Source: Eledone cirrhosa | Lineage: Eukaryota | DNA length: 64,000 nt | Direction of reading: 5' to 3' | Assembly: GCA_964016885.1 (NCBI GenBank) | Contig: OZ024754.1 | Span: 30,504,001 to 30,568,000, forward strand | Shown: piece by piece, positions 36,551 through 48,506 of the stretch | Numbering within the stretch: the stretch's first letter is position 1 | How the letters are laid out: each line of letters starts with the position of its first letter | The notes under the pieces: generated by a model | Databases searched by the model: none | Told to the model about the DNA's origin: nothing | Seen by the model: only the letters and a program-made list of their open reading frames with translations | Program-made: the position numbers and the translations under genes

Positions 36551-36639
36551 TATTAATATTCGAAAAACTCAGATTACATTTATTGTATTCAGCCATGTAG
36601 AGCGATGACTTTTTGTTATATATATATGTATATATATAC

Positions 36640-38090
36640 AGAGCTACATACGGGATGAACTTGATATGCTGAACCACCTACTCAAAACAATAAGTGAAAA
36701 CACTATTCTTGTCTCCTTTGACGTAGTAAACCTCTACACTAACACACCCCATAACTATGGAATAGCAGCAATCCAGTACTGGCTAGACACTCACCAATCT
36801 GAAATGCCAACACGCATCAACAAAAACTTCATTATTGATGGACTCCGATTTATCTTACAAAATAATTTCTTTACTTTCAATGATTCAACACACCAACAAA
36901 TCTCAGGGACTGCAATGGGCACAAAGGTAGCCCCCACATACGCCAACTTAGTCATGGAATTCAACGAACAACAAATCTACAACCAATCCCTTCTATTATT
37001 CGGAGACTCTTTCCTTACACATCTCAAAAATAATTGGAAGAGATACCTAGACGATTGCTTCATATAGTTTGAAGCAATTGGCAGGAAGACATGAATACAC
37101 TCACTCTTTCCAAAAATATGATAAACGACATTAACAATAACATACAATTCACAATGGAATCCAACTCCAAGGAATTAGTCTTCTTAGATATTCTCATTCT
37201 AAAAACAGATGGGAAAATAGAAACCGACATCTTTTATAAACCCACGGATTCCAAACAGTACCTCCTATTCACAACAAATCACCCAAAACATACAAAACTT
37301 AACATTCCTTTTAATTTAGCCATACGTATATGCACCATAGTATCAGACCCAGCTAAATGGGAACAAAGACTAAATAAACTTAAAAACACACTTACCTTAA
37401 GAGCCTTCCCACTTGACATAATTAATAACAGAATAGACAAAACAAAACATGCAAATGTTCATCAACCCAACAACCCAAAACACAGAACCACAAACAATAC
37501 CTTACCATATGTATCCACGTTCAACTCCAGAAACACCGAAATGTTCGACCTCCTACACAAAAACCTTCCCATTCTATTTAAAGATGAAAAAAAAGAAAAA
37601 AATTCTAGAAACACACAAGATCATTAAAAGCAAAAGGCAACCAAAATCACTAAAACTCATGCTCACTGGAACAAAGATACACAAACCTATCTCCAACCTT
37701 ACGGTAACAAAATGAGGAAGAACAAACTGTGTAACATGCCTATACTTAATTGAAGGACATAAATTCATGTTTAAAGATGGCCAAACTTTCACAGTGAAAA
37801 ACAACTTCACTTGCAACTCAGAGAACCTGATCTATGTAATCACATGTGATGGCTGTTGACATAACTATATAGGACAGACGGGTGTGTCATTATGCAAAAG
37901 AATGACCATCCATCGCCAACAAATGCGAGACGTAAACACAAGGAAAATCCCCTTAAGTAGCCACATTGCAGATTGTGCAGGAATGACTCTATCCAACTTT
38001 AAAATATTCCCCCTTTACAGTGGTCTGATTCTTTCACTCAACAACAAAGAATAAATAAGGAAAAACTATTTATTAACCCGATTAGACCCC
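36640..38090 (+). mobile_element. Penelope-like element, 5'-truncated, disrupted RT + GIY-YIG
   Basis: SFDVVNLYTN, GTAMGTKVAPTYANL, WKRYLDDCFI, FLDILI, DIFYKPTD..HP, then FTCNSENLIYVITCDGC*HNYIGQTG..RMTIH. Confidence 0.93.
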
Positions 38091-38344
38091 CCCCCTCCCC
38101 TACACATGTTTGTATTGTTATATATATATATATATACACACCACAAAAGAGAGAAAAATTACTCATTCCAGAAGTTCCTGCTTGAGAACCACTACTGATA
38201 CTCTGCTCTGGTTTTTTTTTTATTTTTAAGTTTTTAAATTTTTAATTTTGAAGGAATTTTTAAATTTTAGGAATTTTTTGAATTTTGAAGAAAATTTTTT
38301 TTAATTTCCCACCACAAAGGGACCTGTGACAGACAGGCTGAAAA

Positions 38345-38376
<32 letters not shown>

Positions 38377-39049
38377 CCCCCCCCCCCACACATACATACA
38401 TACCCCCACACACACATATGTATATTGCTAAAGGGACCTGTGACAGACAGACTGAAACACACACACACACACACACCACAACCCCCCACATACACACATG
38501 TGTGTATTGTTATACATACACCCTCACAACCCTACTGCTGCCATAGAACTTACCTCTAGCTTACAATTCCCCACCCCCATTTGAACTCTTGACCAGTCAA
38601 TTAACACAATCAGATATACACACATATTTACAGAATATTTCCTTTGCCCCCAAACAACAACTTAGTTCTGTGAAGAAACACCACTTCTGCTACTATCTTC
38701 ACTATCACCTCTTTCTATTAACAACAACTCATTCTCCAGTCCACTTTTGAGCAAGAAAGATGGGAAAAAAACTTACTCCAACACTTAATTTTAATTTTAA
38801 ATCTTTAATTTTTAGTTTTTAATTTCCTATTAATTCTTTTTAATTGTAACACTCAACATTTGATAAGATGAATTTTAATAATACGTCGAAACTGGTAATA
38901 CTTTATATACTTTATATACTTTATAAAACTTTTTTTTAAAAGAATTGTCCCTCTCATTTTTTCAATAATGTCACTTTGACGAATCAAAGAAAAGGAAAAA
39001 AAGGAAAAACAGACCCTAAAATATATTTTCCATGGTATTTCCAACTTCA

Positions 39050-39103
<54 letters not shown>

Positions 39104-39108
39104 ATATA

Positions 39109-39921
39109 TCATCATCATCATCATCATCAACGTTTAACGTCTGTGTTCCATGCTTGCATGGGTTTGGATGGGGGTTTTCCCACTTGAGGCAAGAGTGATT
39201 GTCTTGCTCGCATAGGACTGTCTGGCGGGTTTTCTACAGTTGGATGCCCTTCCTAACACCAACCACATTTACAGTGTGGGGCTGGGAGGTTTTTACCGTG
39301 TTGCCTACATGGCCACATTACAGCGTGGACTGTCTGGCAGGTTTTCTACGGCTGGATGCCTTTCCTAACACCAACCACATTTACAGTGTGGGGCTGGGAG
39401 GTTTTTACCGTGTTGCCTACACGGCCACATTACAGCGTGGACTGTGTGTTTTTTTGTCGTGACACCTACACGATCTCATTTGTTTCGGCCTGGATGTTGT
39501 GGCACCAACATAACTTTACATTGAAGGGGCGGTGTGGATGGGGTGGGGGTGGTGGGACGAGGTGTATTTTGTTAGAGATGCCTACTGGCTGTAGTAGGTT
39601 TTACTTTGTATTTAGGTAAGGCGGGTCTTCTCTATTACTGAGTACCGCCAAAGGTCTCGGTCCAGTGACATTGTCTTGGAGAGGTGTAAGTGTGTGAGGT
39701 CAGAATTTATCAGCTCGTCCCAGGTTTTTCTGGGTCTGCCTACTCCGTAGCTACCGTCTATCTTTATTGCCCTGCACTTTGTTATACAGCTGTCGTCTTT
39801 CATGCGCATCACGTGACCATACCAACGTAGCCTTCTCTCGAGTAAACAACATCTGATCCCTCTTATTTCTAATTTTTTCCTTAGTTCGCTTATGCTTTGC
39901 CGTTCACGTATGTTACTATTA
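39109..39921 (-). mobile_element. RTE family A, 5'-truncated copy
   Basis: Near-identical reverse complement of ~26933-27750, including the 3' UTR duplication. Confidence 0.95.
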
Positions 39922-39954
39922 AAATATATATATATATATATATATAATATATAG

Positions 39955-40308
39955 TAAAAAATTGAACGGGAACAAAACAGAGGCAGTACGAACAAAGGTT
40001 TATTAGTTTCACGCTCTTGAGAGTGAGGTGGTGGTGGGGAACGACGTTTCGGGCATAAGCCCTTCTTCAGGTGAAAAGTGTGTGGGAAGAGAGTTCCAAG
40101 GGTGTGTAGGGGAGTGGTGGAGAGACATATAGAAAAAAGGGGGTGAGAGGAAACGGTACAAATGAAATTAAATATAAAAGCATAATAAAAAAAATAAATA
40201 TAAACATGAAGTAAAACAGGTGGTGGAAAGGTGTGGGGCGTGTAGGGGTGGTGGAGGGTGGAGTGGGGAGAGGGAGGTGGGGTGTCCGAGCGGGGAGGGC
40301 TGAAGGTC

Positions 40309-40339
<31 letters not shown>

Positions 40340-40697
40340 AAAGTAAGAGTTGGAGGAAGAACGGGGTTGCATGTTCAGGAAGAGGTGTGTGTGGGGTGGG
40401 GTGTAGGTCGGTGTGTGGATGGGGAGGGGTCAGAGGGGTGGGGGAGAGGATTCCGGAGGCTGAGTGTGTAAATATGTGGTGGCACGCACGTGTGTGTGTG
40501 TGGTGTTTATGCATGTTGTGGATGTAGGTGGCGTGTGGGAAAACATTTTTTTTTAGTGTATGTCAGTGGGTGAGTCCTTAAGGTAGTTCCGTAGAGGATG
40601 TGGTGGAATGCTGGGTAATATCCTTGGGATGTGGTGGATTCTAGGGATCGATGTTCAATATGTGTAATTCATGGTTGGTCGGAAGAGGGGAGATGTG
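39955..40697 (-). mobile_element. Penelope-like remnant (pLTR with hammerhead + degenerate ORF)
   Basis: Hammerhead motif at 40041-40072; C-rich 3' region; upstream remnant HPLRNYLKDSPTDIH*KKMF. Confidence 0.6.
40041..40072 (-). ncRNA. Minimal type-I hammerhead ribozyme
   Basis: Minus: ac-CTGAAGA-a-GGGC ttat GCCC-GAAA-cg-TC-gt; intact core, palindromic ACGT stem III, stem I only 2 bp. Confidence 0.75.
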
Positions 40698-40718
40698 GTA
40701 TATATATATATATATATA

Positions 40719-41702
40719 TCTGTATATATATAAAATTAAGTATGTGTATTACCTATAGAGGCCTACATCTTACGACCGATTTTCATGAAACTTTACAGGT
40801 TCATAGATTAGTCATCGGGGAGTGTTTTCTATATATCAGCGTATCGTTTTATTTATTCCGGGGTCATTCTGCAGATAAAAATCGATAGGGGGGGTCACCT
40901 TTTTTTAGGTATCGAAAAATAAGATGTTTGGCTCTAGCTCCCACATTTTGCCACCGATTTAAAGCAAAATAGAATTTATCATTGCACATCCTGTAATGGC
41001 TTTATATTTTGCATTTGTTGTTCAGGGACGGCGTGACAGCCGCTTAAATATTCAAAAATACCACTTTTAGACTCAAATTTCCACTTTTCGGCTCTAGCTC
41101 CCACATTAATCAACCTACTTTGTTCAAATTTTAGACTACGCTAGATCTGATTATTTCACGTCTTAAAGTGGCTTTACATTTTTGATTTTTTTTTCAAGAA
41201 CGGCGTGGCAGCCGCTTAAATATTCGAAAATACTACCTTTTCGCTCAAATTTCCACCTTTTCGGCTCTAGCTCCCAAATTTTTCAACTGATTTCGTTCAA
41301 ATTCGAAACTTCGGCTCCACCTCACACATAAATCAATTTATTTGGTTCAACTTTTATACTACGATAGAACCTATCATTGCACATCTTATAGATGGTCAAA
41401 GGCAAAACGATGGCCACTGACGTCGTCTGAGCTTTTAGTTGTGTATTTGAGAATTCATCGGTTTCCAATCAAGTAGCGTGAGGAAACTTGGCTTAGTGTT
41501 AGAGGTCATTACCTCCCTCCCCCCGCATACCCCTTCGTCAGTTACCCGCATTTCTCAGTAATAGAGGTCATCACCACCCTCCCCCGCATGGCCTGTGTGT
41601 GGCCATAGATGAGTCATCGAGAAGCAGTCGCTAAGATCAACACCTTTTCATCAAAGCAGATATTATTTTACCTACCCAGGCAACGCTGGGTACTGCTGCT
41701 AG
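40719..41702 (+). mobile_element. Non-autonomous Helitron (family H2)
   Basis: A|TCTGTATATATATAAAA 5' end; internal repeats ggctctagctcccacatt x3-4; 3' hairpin TACCCAG-gcaacg-CTGGGTA followed by ctgctgCTAG|T. Confidence 0.88.
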
Positions 41703-41704
41703 TA

Positions 41705-41852
41705 TAGTAATAATAATAAATGTGAAGACTAAAATCCGAAGAGTGCTCGATAAGGATAATGTATATATAAAATATATAAAACTGTAGAGCAAATATTTAT
41801 TAAAATAACAGTTTAAGCAAAGAATCGCTGCTTTAACGGGATCTTCTGAAAT
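41705..41852 (-). mobile_element. Family P2 copy (longest, uninverted)
   Basis: gaagactaaaatccgaagagtgctcgataaggat..gtagagcaaatatttattaaaataacagtttaagcaaagaatcg. Confidence 0.65.
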
Positions 41853-41963
41853 ATATATATAATGATTACCTCCCTTTCTAAACCTCTCTAATAACTGAAT
41901 ATGCACGTGTATCTTTTTTCTCAATATTTTTCGCATTCCTTCCTCTTCTCACTCTCATTGTAT

Positions 41964-41997
41964 CTTCTGATGAAAGACTAGTGTCTGAAACGTTAAG
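41964..41997 (+). ncRNA. Minimal type-I hammerhead ribozyme
   Basis: ctt-CTGATGA-a-AGAC tagt GTCT-GAAA-cg-TT-aag; downstream 'agcgttaaact' resembles 'agcgtgaaact' after the 40041 motif. Confidence 0.75.
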
Positions 41998-42764
41998 CCT
42001 CTTTTCCTATTATTTCAAGCGTTAAACTTACATATTTCTTCAGTGTACTGTTTTGTTTGTTTTGTTATTTCTGTTTATGTTTTACACACACACACATATA
42101 TATATGGTAATGGTGCTGATGCAGATGGTGATATATTATATTTATCTTTCTAAGATGGTTCTGATGCTTGTCAAACAAACCTGAACAATTTATTCCACAA
42201 GAGGTAATAATGCCAGTACAAAGAACTTGATGGTTTATACTGTCAAAGACTTTCTCTAAGTCAATATTCCACCATTCTCATAATATCCTGTATCTTGGTT
42301 TTATTTTACCATTTTTTTTTTAAAAATGGGTAAGACTAACAAAAGTGTAATTAGTGTAATTAGTACTTAACTACTTCTGAAAGAACTTTTATTTATATAT
42401 ATGTTTATTTATGATATATATTTTTTTCTTTTTTGTTAAATAAGAATCTACTGCTTTCTCTCCAATTTCCTCAAGTATCTGGCAGTAGATAAAGAAATAA
42501 AGTTATTTACCAATATGACTGTGACATCCAATTTTATTTTATGTACACTAATTATATTTAACTAGTTTACATAGACTGATTATATTTAGCTAGTTTAAAT
42601 AGTTGAAGAAAAGTTACCGTTCCAGAGAGATTAATTAATTCAAATTGTCAGCTTTATAGGGAAACAAATAAATAAAATAAATAATAATAATAAAACATCC
42701 CTGAAGAGTTTAATTGGGAAAAAACTGTTAGAAACTGGTGATTTGTTTTTTTAATCTTTTACTG

Positions 42765-43140
42765 ATTTCAGTCATTAGACTGTGGCCATGCTACAGCACT
42801 GCCTTCAAGGGATTTAGGTAGTTTTATCAACATTAGTACTTATTTTATTTTTTTAAATTATTTCAGTCATTAGACTGTGACCATGCTACAGCACTGCCAT
42901 CAAGAGATTTAGATGGTCATATCAACACCAATACTTATTTTAGTCTTTTACTGATTTCAGTCATTAGACTGTGGCCATGCTACAGTACTGCCTTCGAGGG
43001 ATTTAGATGGTTATATTAACACTAGTACTTATTTTATTTTTTTACTGATTTCAGTCATTAGTCTGTGGCCATGCTTTTTTTCAAAACTGGTACTTATTTT
43101 ATTGATATCTATTTGTCAAACAGCTAAGTTATGGGACATA
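42765..43140 (-). mobile_element. Tandemly amplified SINE 3' end (~80-95 bp x4)
   Basis: tttcagtcattagactgtggccatgctacagcactgcc repeated four times. Confidence 0.8.
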
Positions 43141-43224
43141 AACACAGACACAGACATACACATAAGCACGGACATAGATACACTCACGTACATGTTTACA
43201 TAATATCTGTTGATAAACACACAT

Positions 43225-43881
43225 ACAAGTCTATTACCAGCTGCTGGTGGGGGTCTGTACAGCTCACATCTGGCACAAGTCTATTACCAGCTGCTGGTGG
43301 GGGTCTGTACAGCTCACATCTGGCACAAGTCTATTACCAGCTGCTGGTGGGGGTCTGTACAGCTCACATCTGGCACAAGTCTATTACCAGCTGCTGGTGG
43401 GGGTCTGTACAGCTCACATCTGGCACAAGTCTATTACCAGCTGCTGGTGGGGGTCTGTACAGCTCACATCTGGCACAAGTCTATTACCAGCTGCTGGTGG
43501 GGGTCTGTACAGCTCACATCTGGCACAAGTCTATTACCAGCTGCTGGTGGGGGTCTGTACAGCTCACATCTGGCACAAGTCTATTACCAGCTGCTGGTTG
43601 GGTTTTGTACAGTTCACATCTGGCACGGGTCTATTACCAGTTGGTGGGGGTGGAGTCTCTACAGTTGACATCTGGCACAGGTCTATTACCAGTTGGTGGA
43701 GGTGGAGTCTTTACAGTTGACATCTGGCACAGGTCTACTACCAGTTGGTGGGGGTGGGGTCTCTACAGCTCACATCTGGCACAGGTCTATTACCAGATGG
43801 TGGTGGGGGTGAGTCTACATTTCACATCTGGCACAGATCTATTACCAGCTGGTGGTGGGGATGAGTCTACAATTCACATCC
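43225..43881. repeat. 50-bp minisatellite (8 near-perfect + ~5 diverged 53-54 bp units)
   Basis: acaagtctattaccagctgctggtgggggtctgtacagctcacatctggc at 43225, 43275, 43325... Confidence 0.97.
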
Positions 43882-44409
43882 ATTACCTTAACTAGCTATT
43901 TTAACTGTTTTTTTTATTAAATATAAAATATGGAAGACATTCCAATCAATGTCCAAACTCTACAATAAAATAAATAGTCTCAGAATTCTTCAGAAATCTC
44001 ATTTCACTAAATATCATCTGAGTATATTTTCTATTTTATTAGAACTTCAAATGTGCCACAACTTATTTTACTCTAAACAACCATTTATGTTGAGATAACT
44101 GGTTACTTTGACTGTATACTATATACTACAGATATTGCATTCATGTATATGGTTTGTTTTTTTTCCTTTAAGTGAATATATTTAAGACTAGATAAACAAT
44201 AATTATGAGAAAATGCTTTATTATGGATAGAAAAATATTTGTATGTTTGTTTGTTGCTTGCTTTTGACAACAAATAATAGGTTTTGTTGGATTTTTTTTC
44301 TGCATTGAACTAGTCTGACTAAAGAAAAGCAGGCTAGTTAGAAGATATTCTTTAGAAAAGATATTTTAAGAAGAAAGAAATTTGTTTTCTTGTATATTTT
44401 TGGCAAGAG

Positions 44410-44445
<36 letters not shown>

Positions 44446-44628
44446 TTCATTGTTAATATTATCTCCACCACAATCCTCATCACCACCAACACCATTATGA
44501 TCACCAACACCATCATCATCACAATCACCATCATTGTCATCATCATCATTATTACCAATACTGCCATCACAACTTATCATCATTGTCATTGTCATTGTCA
44601 TCATCGATATCATCATTATCATCATCAT
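44410..44628. repeat. (CAT)n repeat
   Basis: Trinucleotide run. Confidence 0.9.
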
Positions 44629-44737
44629 ATGATCGGAAGTTATGTATTGAGACAGATATATTGGTTTGTTTTATTGAGTTATATTTGCCATTTAGTTAGG
44701 CGATCAATCACTTAAAAAGAAAAACTGGGTGATCTAA

Positions 44738-45638
44738 AGCTGCTTTGGCTAGATGGTTCTGTACGACTGGCTCAAATAGCTGATTTGGCTAGATGGCTCT
44801 GAATGACTGGCTCAAATAGCTGATTTGGCTAGATGGCTCTGTACGACTGGCTCAAATAGCTGATTTGGCTAGATGGCTCTGTATGACTGGCTCAAATAGC
44901 TGATTTGGCTAGATGGCTCTGTATGACTGGCTCAAATAGCTGATTTGGCTAGATGGCTCTGTATGACTGGCTCAAATAGCTGATTTGGCTAGATGGCTCT
45001 GAATGACTGGCTCAAATAGCTGCTTTGGTGAGAGAGCTCTGAATGACTGGCTCAAATAGCTGATTTGGTGAGATGGCTCTACAGGACTGGCTCAAATAGC
45101 TGATTTGGCTAGATGGCTCTGAATGACTGGCTCAAATAGCTGATTTGGCTAGATGGCTCTGTATGACTGGCTCAAATAGCTGATTTGGCTAGATGGCTCT
45201 GTATGACTGGCTCAAATAGCTGATTTGGCTAGATGGCTCTGAATGACTGGCTCAAATAGCTGATTTGGCTAGATGGCTCTGTATGACTGGCTCAAATAGC
45301 TGATTTGGCTAGATGGCTCTGAATGACTGGCTCAAATAGCTGATTTGGCTAGATGGCTCTGTATGACTGGCTCAAATAGCTGATTTGGCTAGATGGCTCT
45401 GTATGACTGGCTCAAATAGCTGATTTGGCTAGATGGCTCTGAATGACTGGCTCAAATAGCTGCTTTGGTGAGAGAGCTCTGAATGACTGGCTCAAATAGC
45501 TGCTTTGGTGAGAGAGCTCTGAATGACTGGCTCAAATAGCTGATTTGGTGAGATGGCTCTACAGGACTGGCTCAAATAGCTGTCTCTATTGAGAATCTAC
45601 TTTGGTGAGATGGCTCTACAGGACTGGTTCAAATAGCA
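44738..45638. repeat. 40-bp minisatellite, ~22 copies
   Basis: agctgatttggctagatggctctg(t/a)atgactggctcaaat, no spacers. Confidence 0.97.
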
Positions 45639-45919
45639 TCTGACTATAAATATGCTGTGTACTAGTGATAGTAATGGTACTATTTACTTGGTCTGGGTAC
45701 TAGTGGTGAGATTATAATTTTGGTCTTTGAACTTGTGGTAATGGTAGTAGTTATTGATGCTGATCTACATATCAAGTCATTAAGTATAAAATGTCCGATT
45801 TCAAATTGAAAGTTTACTTTATTTTCGTACATTTCATGCTTAATAGCCTAAAATTTAGTGATGTAGTCTTAGTCTTTCTATTGATGTATGTTATCCCTAT
45901 AATTTAGAGAAAATCTTTA

Positions 45920-45983
<64 letters not shown>

Positions 45984-46673
45984 GCCAGTTATTTGCTTTA
46001 TATTCTCAAGATGAGTTTCTTTATAGCTATTAAATTCTGACATTTTCTCCCAATCTTTCTTTATAGTTCATCTGTATATTTTTGTCAACATTACAAGAGA
46101 ATATCTATGTAAGGAATAAATATAATTATTTATTTTTAATATGTTATTCATTTAAAGTCCAAATTACATTAAATTATATTTCTATTTTGTAGACATTTTG
46201 GCAAAGAAATTTGTTGTAGAATCTGATATTTCTCTATTTTGTATAATCATGTTTGTTTGTCTGCCAATTTCCAAAATATTAAACATATGTAGTAGAAGCT
46301 ATTAACTATTTCACATCTTTATTATAATTCAGTTCGCTATTATTAGTGTTGTTGTTGCTGTTGTCATTATTGTTGTTGTTGCTGCCTTTGTTACTGATGA
46401 TATTGTTGTTACTGTTGTTGTTGTTGTTGTCAGTCTTTCATCCCCACACCTATGAAATTTGCTATATTTGTAATATGATAATTATAATTATATTATTTAA
46501 ACACTACAGTTGAAAAAACAAACAAACAGACAGACAAAACAAAACAACAAAAAAGCAAAGAAAAAATTGTAAGAATTTATCTTCTTTAGATGGCAAACTA
46601 TAGCATCCCACTTTCCAGTTAACATAGTTTTGTGTTATATTACTTTATATGTTTATATTACTTAATGATTTAA

Positions 46674-46913
46674 CCTTTCATTACTGTATTGCTAATGAAT
46701 GACAATGACTATGGTTTTCAAATAATTTTGATGAAAAAAAAAAAAATAATAATCAAGAATCTGGTGTTATTAAGCTGGTGTTTACATAAATTATCAACAA
46801 AGGCTCTGAAATAAAATTATGATTGAAGGTTTTTAGATAAATATGCAACTTAAAAATAAACAGTTTATATTACAGAAACAGAGGTGGTTTCGGGTAGTAT
46901 TGTTTGAAAAGGG
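46674..46913. mobile_element. Possible piggyBac-like MITE
   Basis: TTAA|CCTTTC ... GAAAAGGG|TTAA termini; short degenerate TIRs only. Confidence 0.4.
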
Positions 46914-46980
46914 TTAACATCAGTGGTATTGCTTTTGTTGCTGTTAACTCTGCTAACTCTGCTGACTCAACACACTGAAG

Positions 46981-47450
46981 ATCATCATCATCAATTAATG
47001 TCCATCTTCCACGCTAGCATGGTTAGTTGGTTTTGTTCCACTTGATGCGGGATTGGTCGGGAGACTGTGTCTCACTAGCACAGAACTGTATCTGGCAGAT
47101 TTTCTACGGCTGGATGCTCTTCCTAACACCAACCACATTTACAGTGTGGACTGGGAGCCTTTTTACCGTGTCTCCTACACGACCACTTTACAGTGTGGAC
47201 TGAGTGCTTTTTGTCGCGTCACCAACACAGTGACGGAAATGGGAGGGTGTGGTGGGGTGTATATTGGGTTAAGAGGTGCCTACTGACTGTAGGTTTAAGT
47301 TTGTATGCAAGGGAAGGCAGATCTTCTGTATAACTGCATAGCACCAAAGATCTCGATCCAGTGACATTGTCTTAGAGAGGTGTAAGTGAGCAAGGTAATT
47401 TTTTATCACCTCATCCCAGGTTTTTCTTGGTCTACCCACTCCGTAGCTTT
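46981..47450 (-). mobile_element. RTE family A-related 3' fragment, diverged
   Basis: tccagtgacattgtcttagagaggtgtaag matches 39661; 3' UTR similar to 4603-4898. Confidence 0.85.
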
Positions 47451-47599
47451 GGGTGCTTAAGCCCCTCCAATATTTTGTTTCAATATACTTGTGCTTTGGT
47501 TTTTACTACATTGATTTTCTATTGACTCTAAATATGTTAGTATGATCATATTTTTAATTTCTTTCTTAGTCTCATATTGGTGACAAAAAAGTGTGAGCT

Positions 47600-47783
47600 A
47601 ATAATAATAGTTTCTACTTTTGGCACAAGGCCAGCAATTACCCAGTGCATTACTGGTACTTTATTTTATCGAGCCCGTAAGGATGAAAGACAAAGTTAAC
47701 CTCGGCGGGATTTGAATTCGGGCTATAACTCTATGCATCAAAGCATGGTGTCCGACCCTCTACCGATACTGCCATTCCACCGC
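47600..47783 (-). mobile_element. SINE family B copy
   Basis: Matches 5500-5685. Confidence 0.9.
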
Positions 47784-47844
47784 AACAAGATCTGCCATGT
47801 TCAAGAAAAAACACATGCACACACACATGTATCTTTAGGTGTTT

Positions 47845-48262
47845 ACACTTGAGATGTATTTATATTGACAGAATCTTCCTTAGTGTATGGGCAGTTCCCA
47901 TTAGTACTATCTGTTGTATTTTTTCTATATGTGGGCTTCCCTTAGGTATCATTCCTAGAGCGCCTACAACCACTGGTATTGTTTTAGTTCTCAACTTCCA
48001 TATTTTTCCAATCTCTATTTCCAGGTCTTTTTACTTGCTCAATTTTTCAAATGTTTTTAAAGATACATTCTTGTCTATAGGAACGGTCATGACAATTAGC
48101 TGGCATACCTTCTTTTCAAAGTCCTTCAGTATTATATCAGTATTACATACACGGCATAATGGGTTGCATCCATTTTTTATGATGTTGGCTTGATAATTTT
48201 TTGTTGGCAGACACTGATCTTGTGCTGATATAATCAGTCCTTCAGTCTCCGATTTCAGTCTT
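47845..48262 (-). mobile_element. R4/Dong-like LINE C-terminal fragment (internally deleted)
   Basis: LKSETEGLIISAQDQCL..NPLCRVC; MTVPIDKNVSLKTFEKLSK*KDLEIEI..IPVVVGALGMIPK..LMGTAHTLRKILS. Confidence 0.85.
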
Positions 48263-48296
48263 CTTCTTCTTATTATTATTCAAAATTATTCAGGAC

Positions 48297-48488
48297 AGTG
48301 GATTGGCACTATTGGTAGAGGGTCGGACGCCATGCTTTGCAGCAAAGAGTTACGGCCCTTTATGGTCTGAGTTCAAATCCCGCCGAGGTTAACTTTGCCT
48401 TTCATCCTTATGGGGTCGATAAAATAAAGTACCAGTAATGCACTGGGTAATTGCTGGCCTTGTAGAAGGCCAAAAGTAGAAACCATTA
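48297..48488 (+). mobile_element. SINE family B copy
   Basis: gtggattggcactattggtagag..gagttcaaatcccgccgagg. Confidence 0.9.
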
Positions 48489-48506
48489 ATATACACACTA
48501 CACATG

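Noticed and set aside
39612-40514. 300-aa chimeric ORF
   Set aside because: Read-through of pLTR/microsatellite into a truncated RTE C-terminus.
44738-45638. CRISPR-like array
   Set aside because: Units are contiguous with no unique spacers; eukaryotic context, no cas genes. Same for 43225-43881 and 58158-58645.
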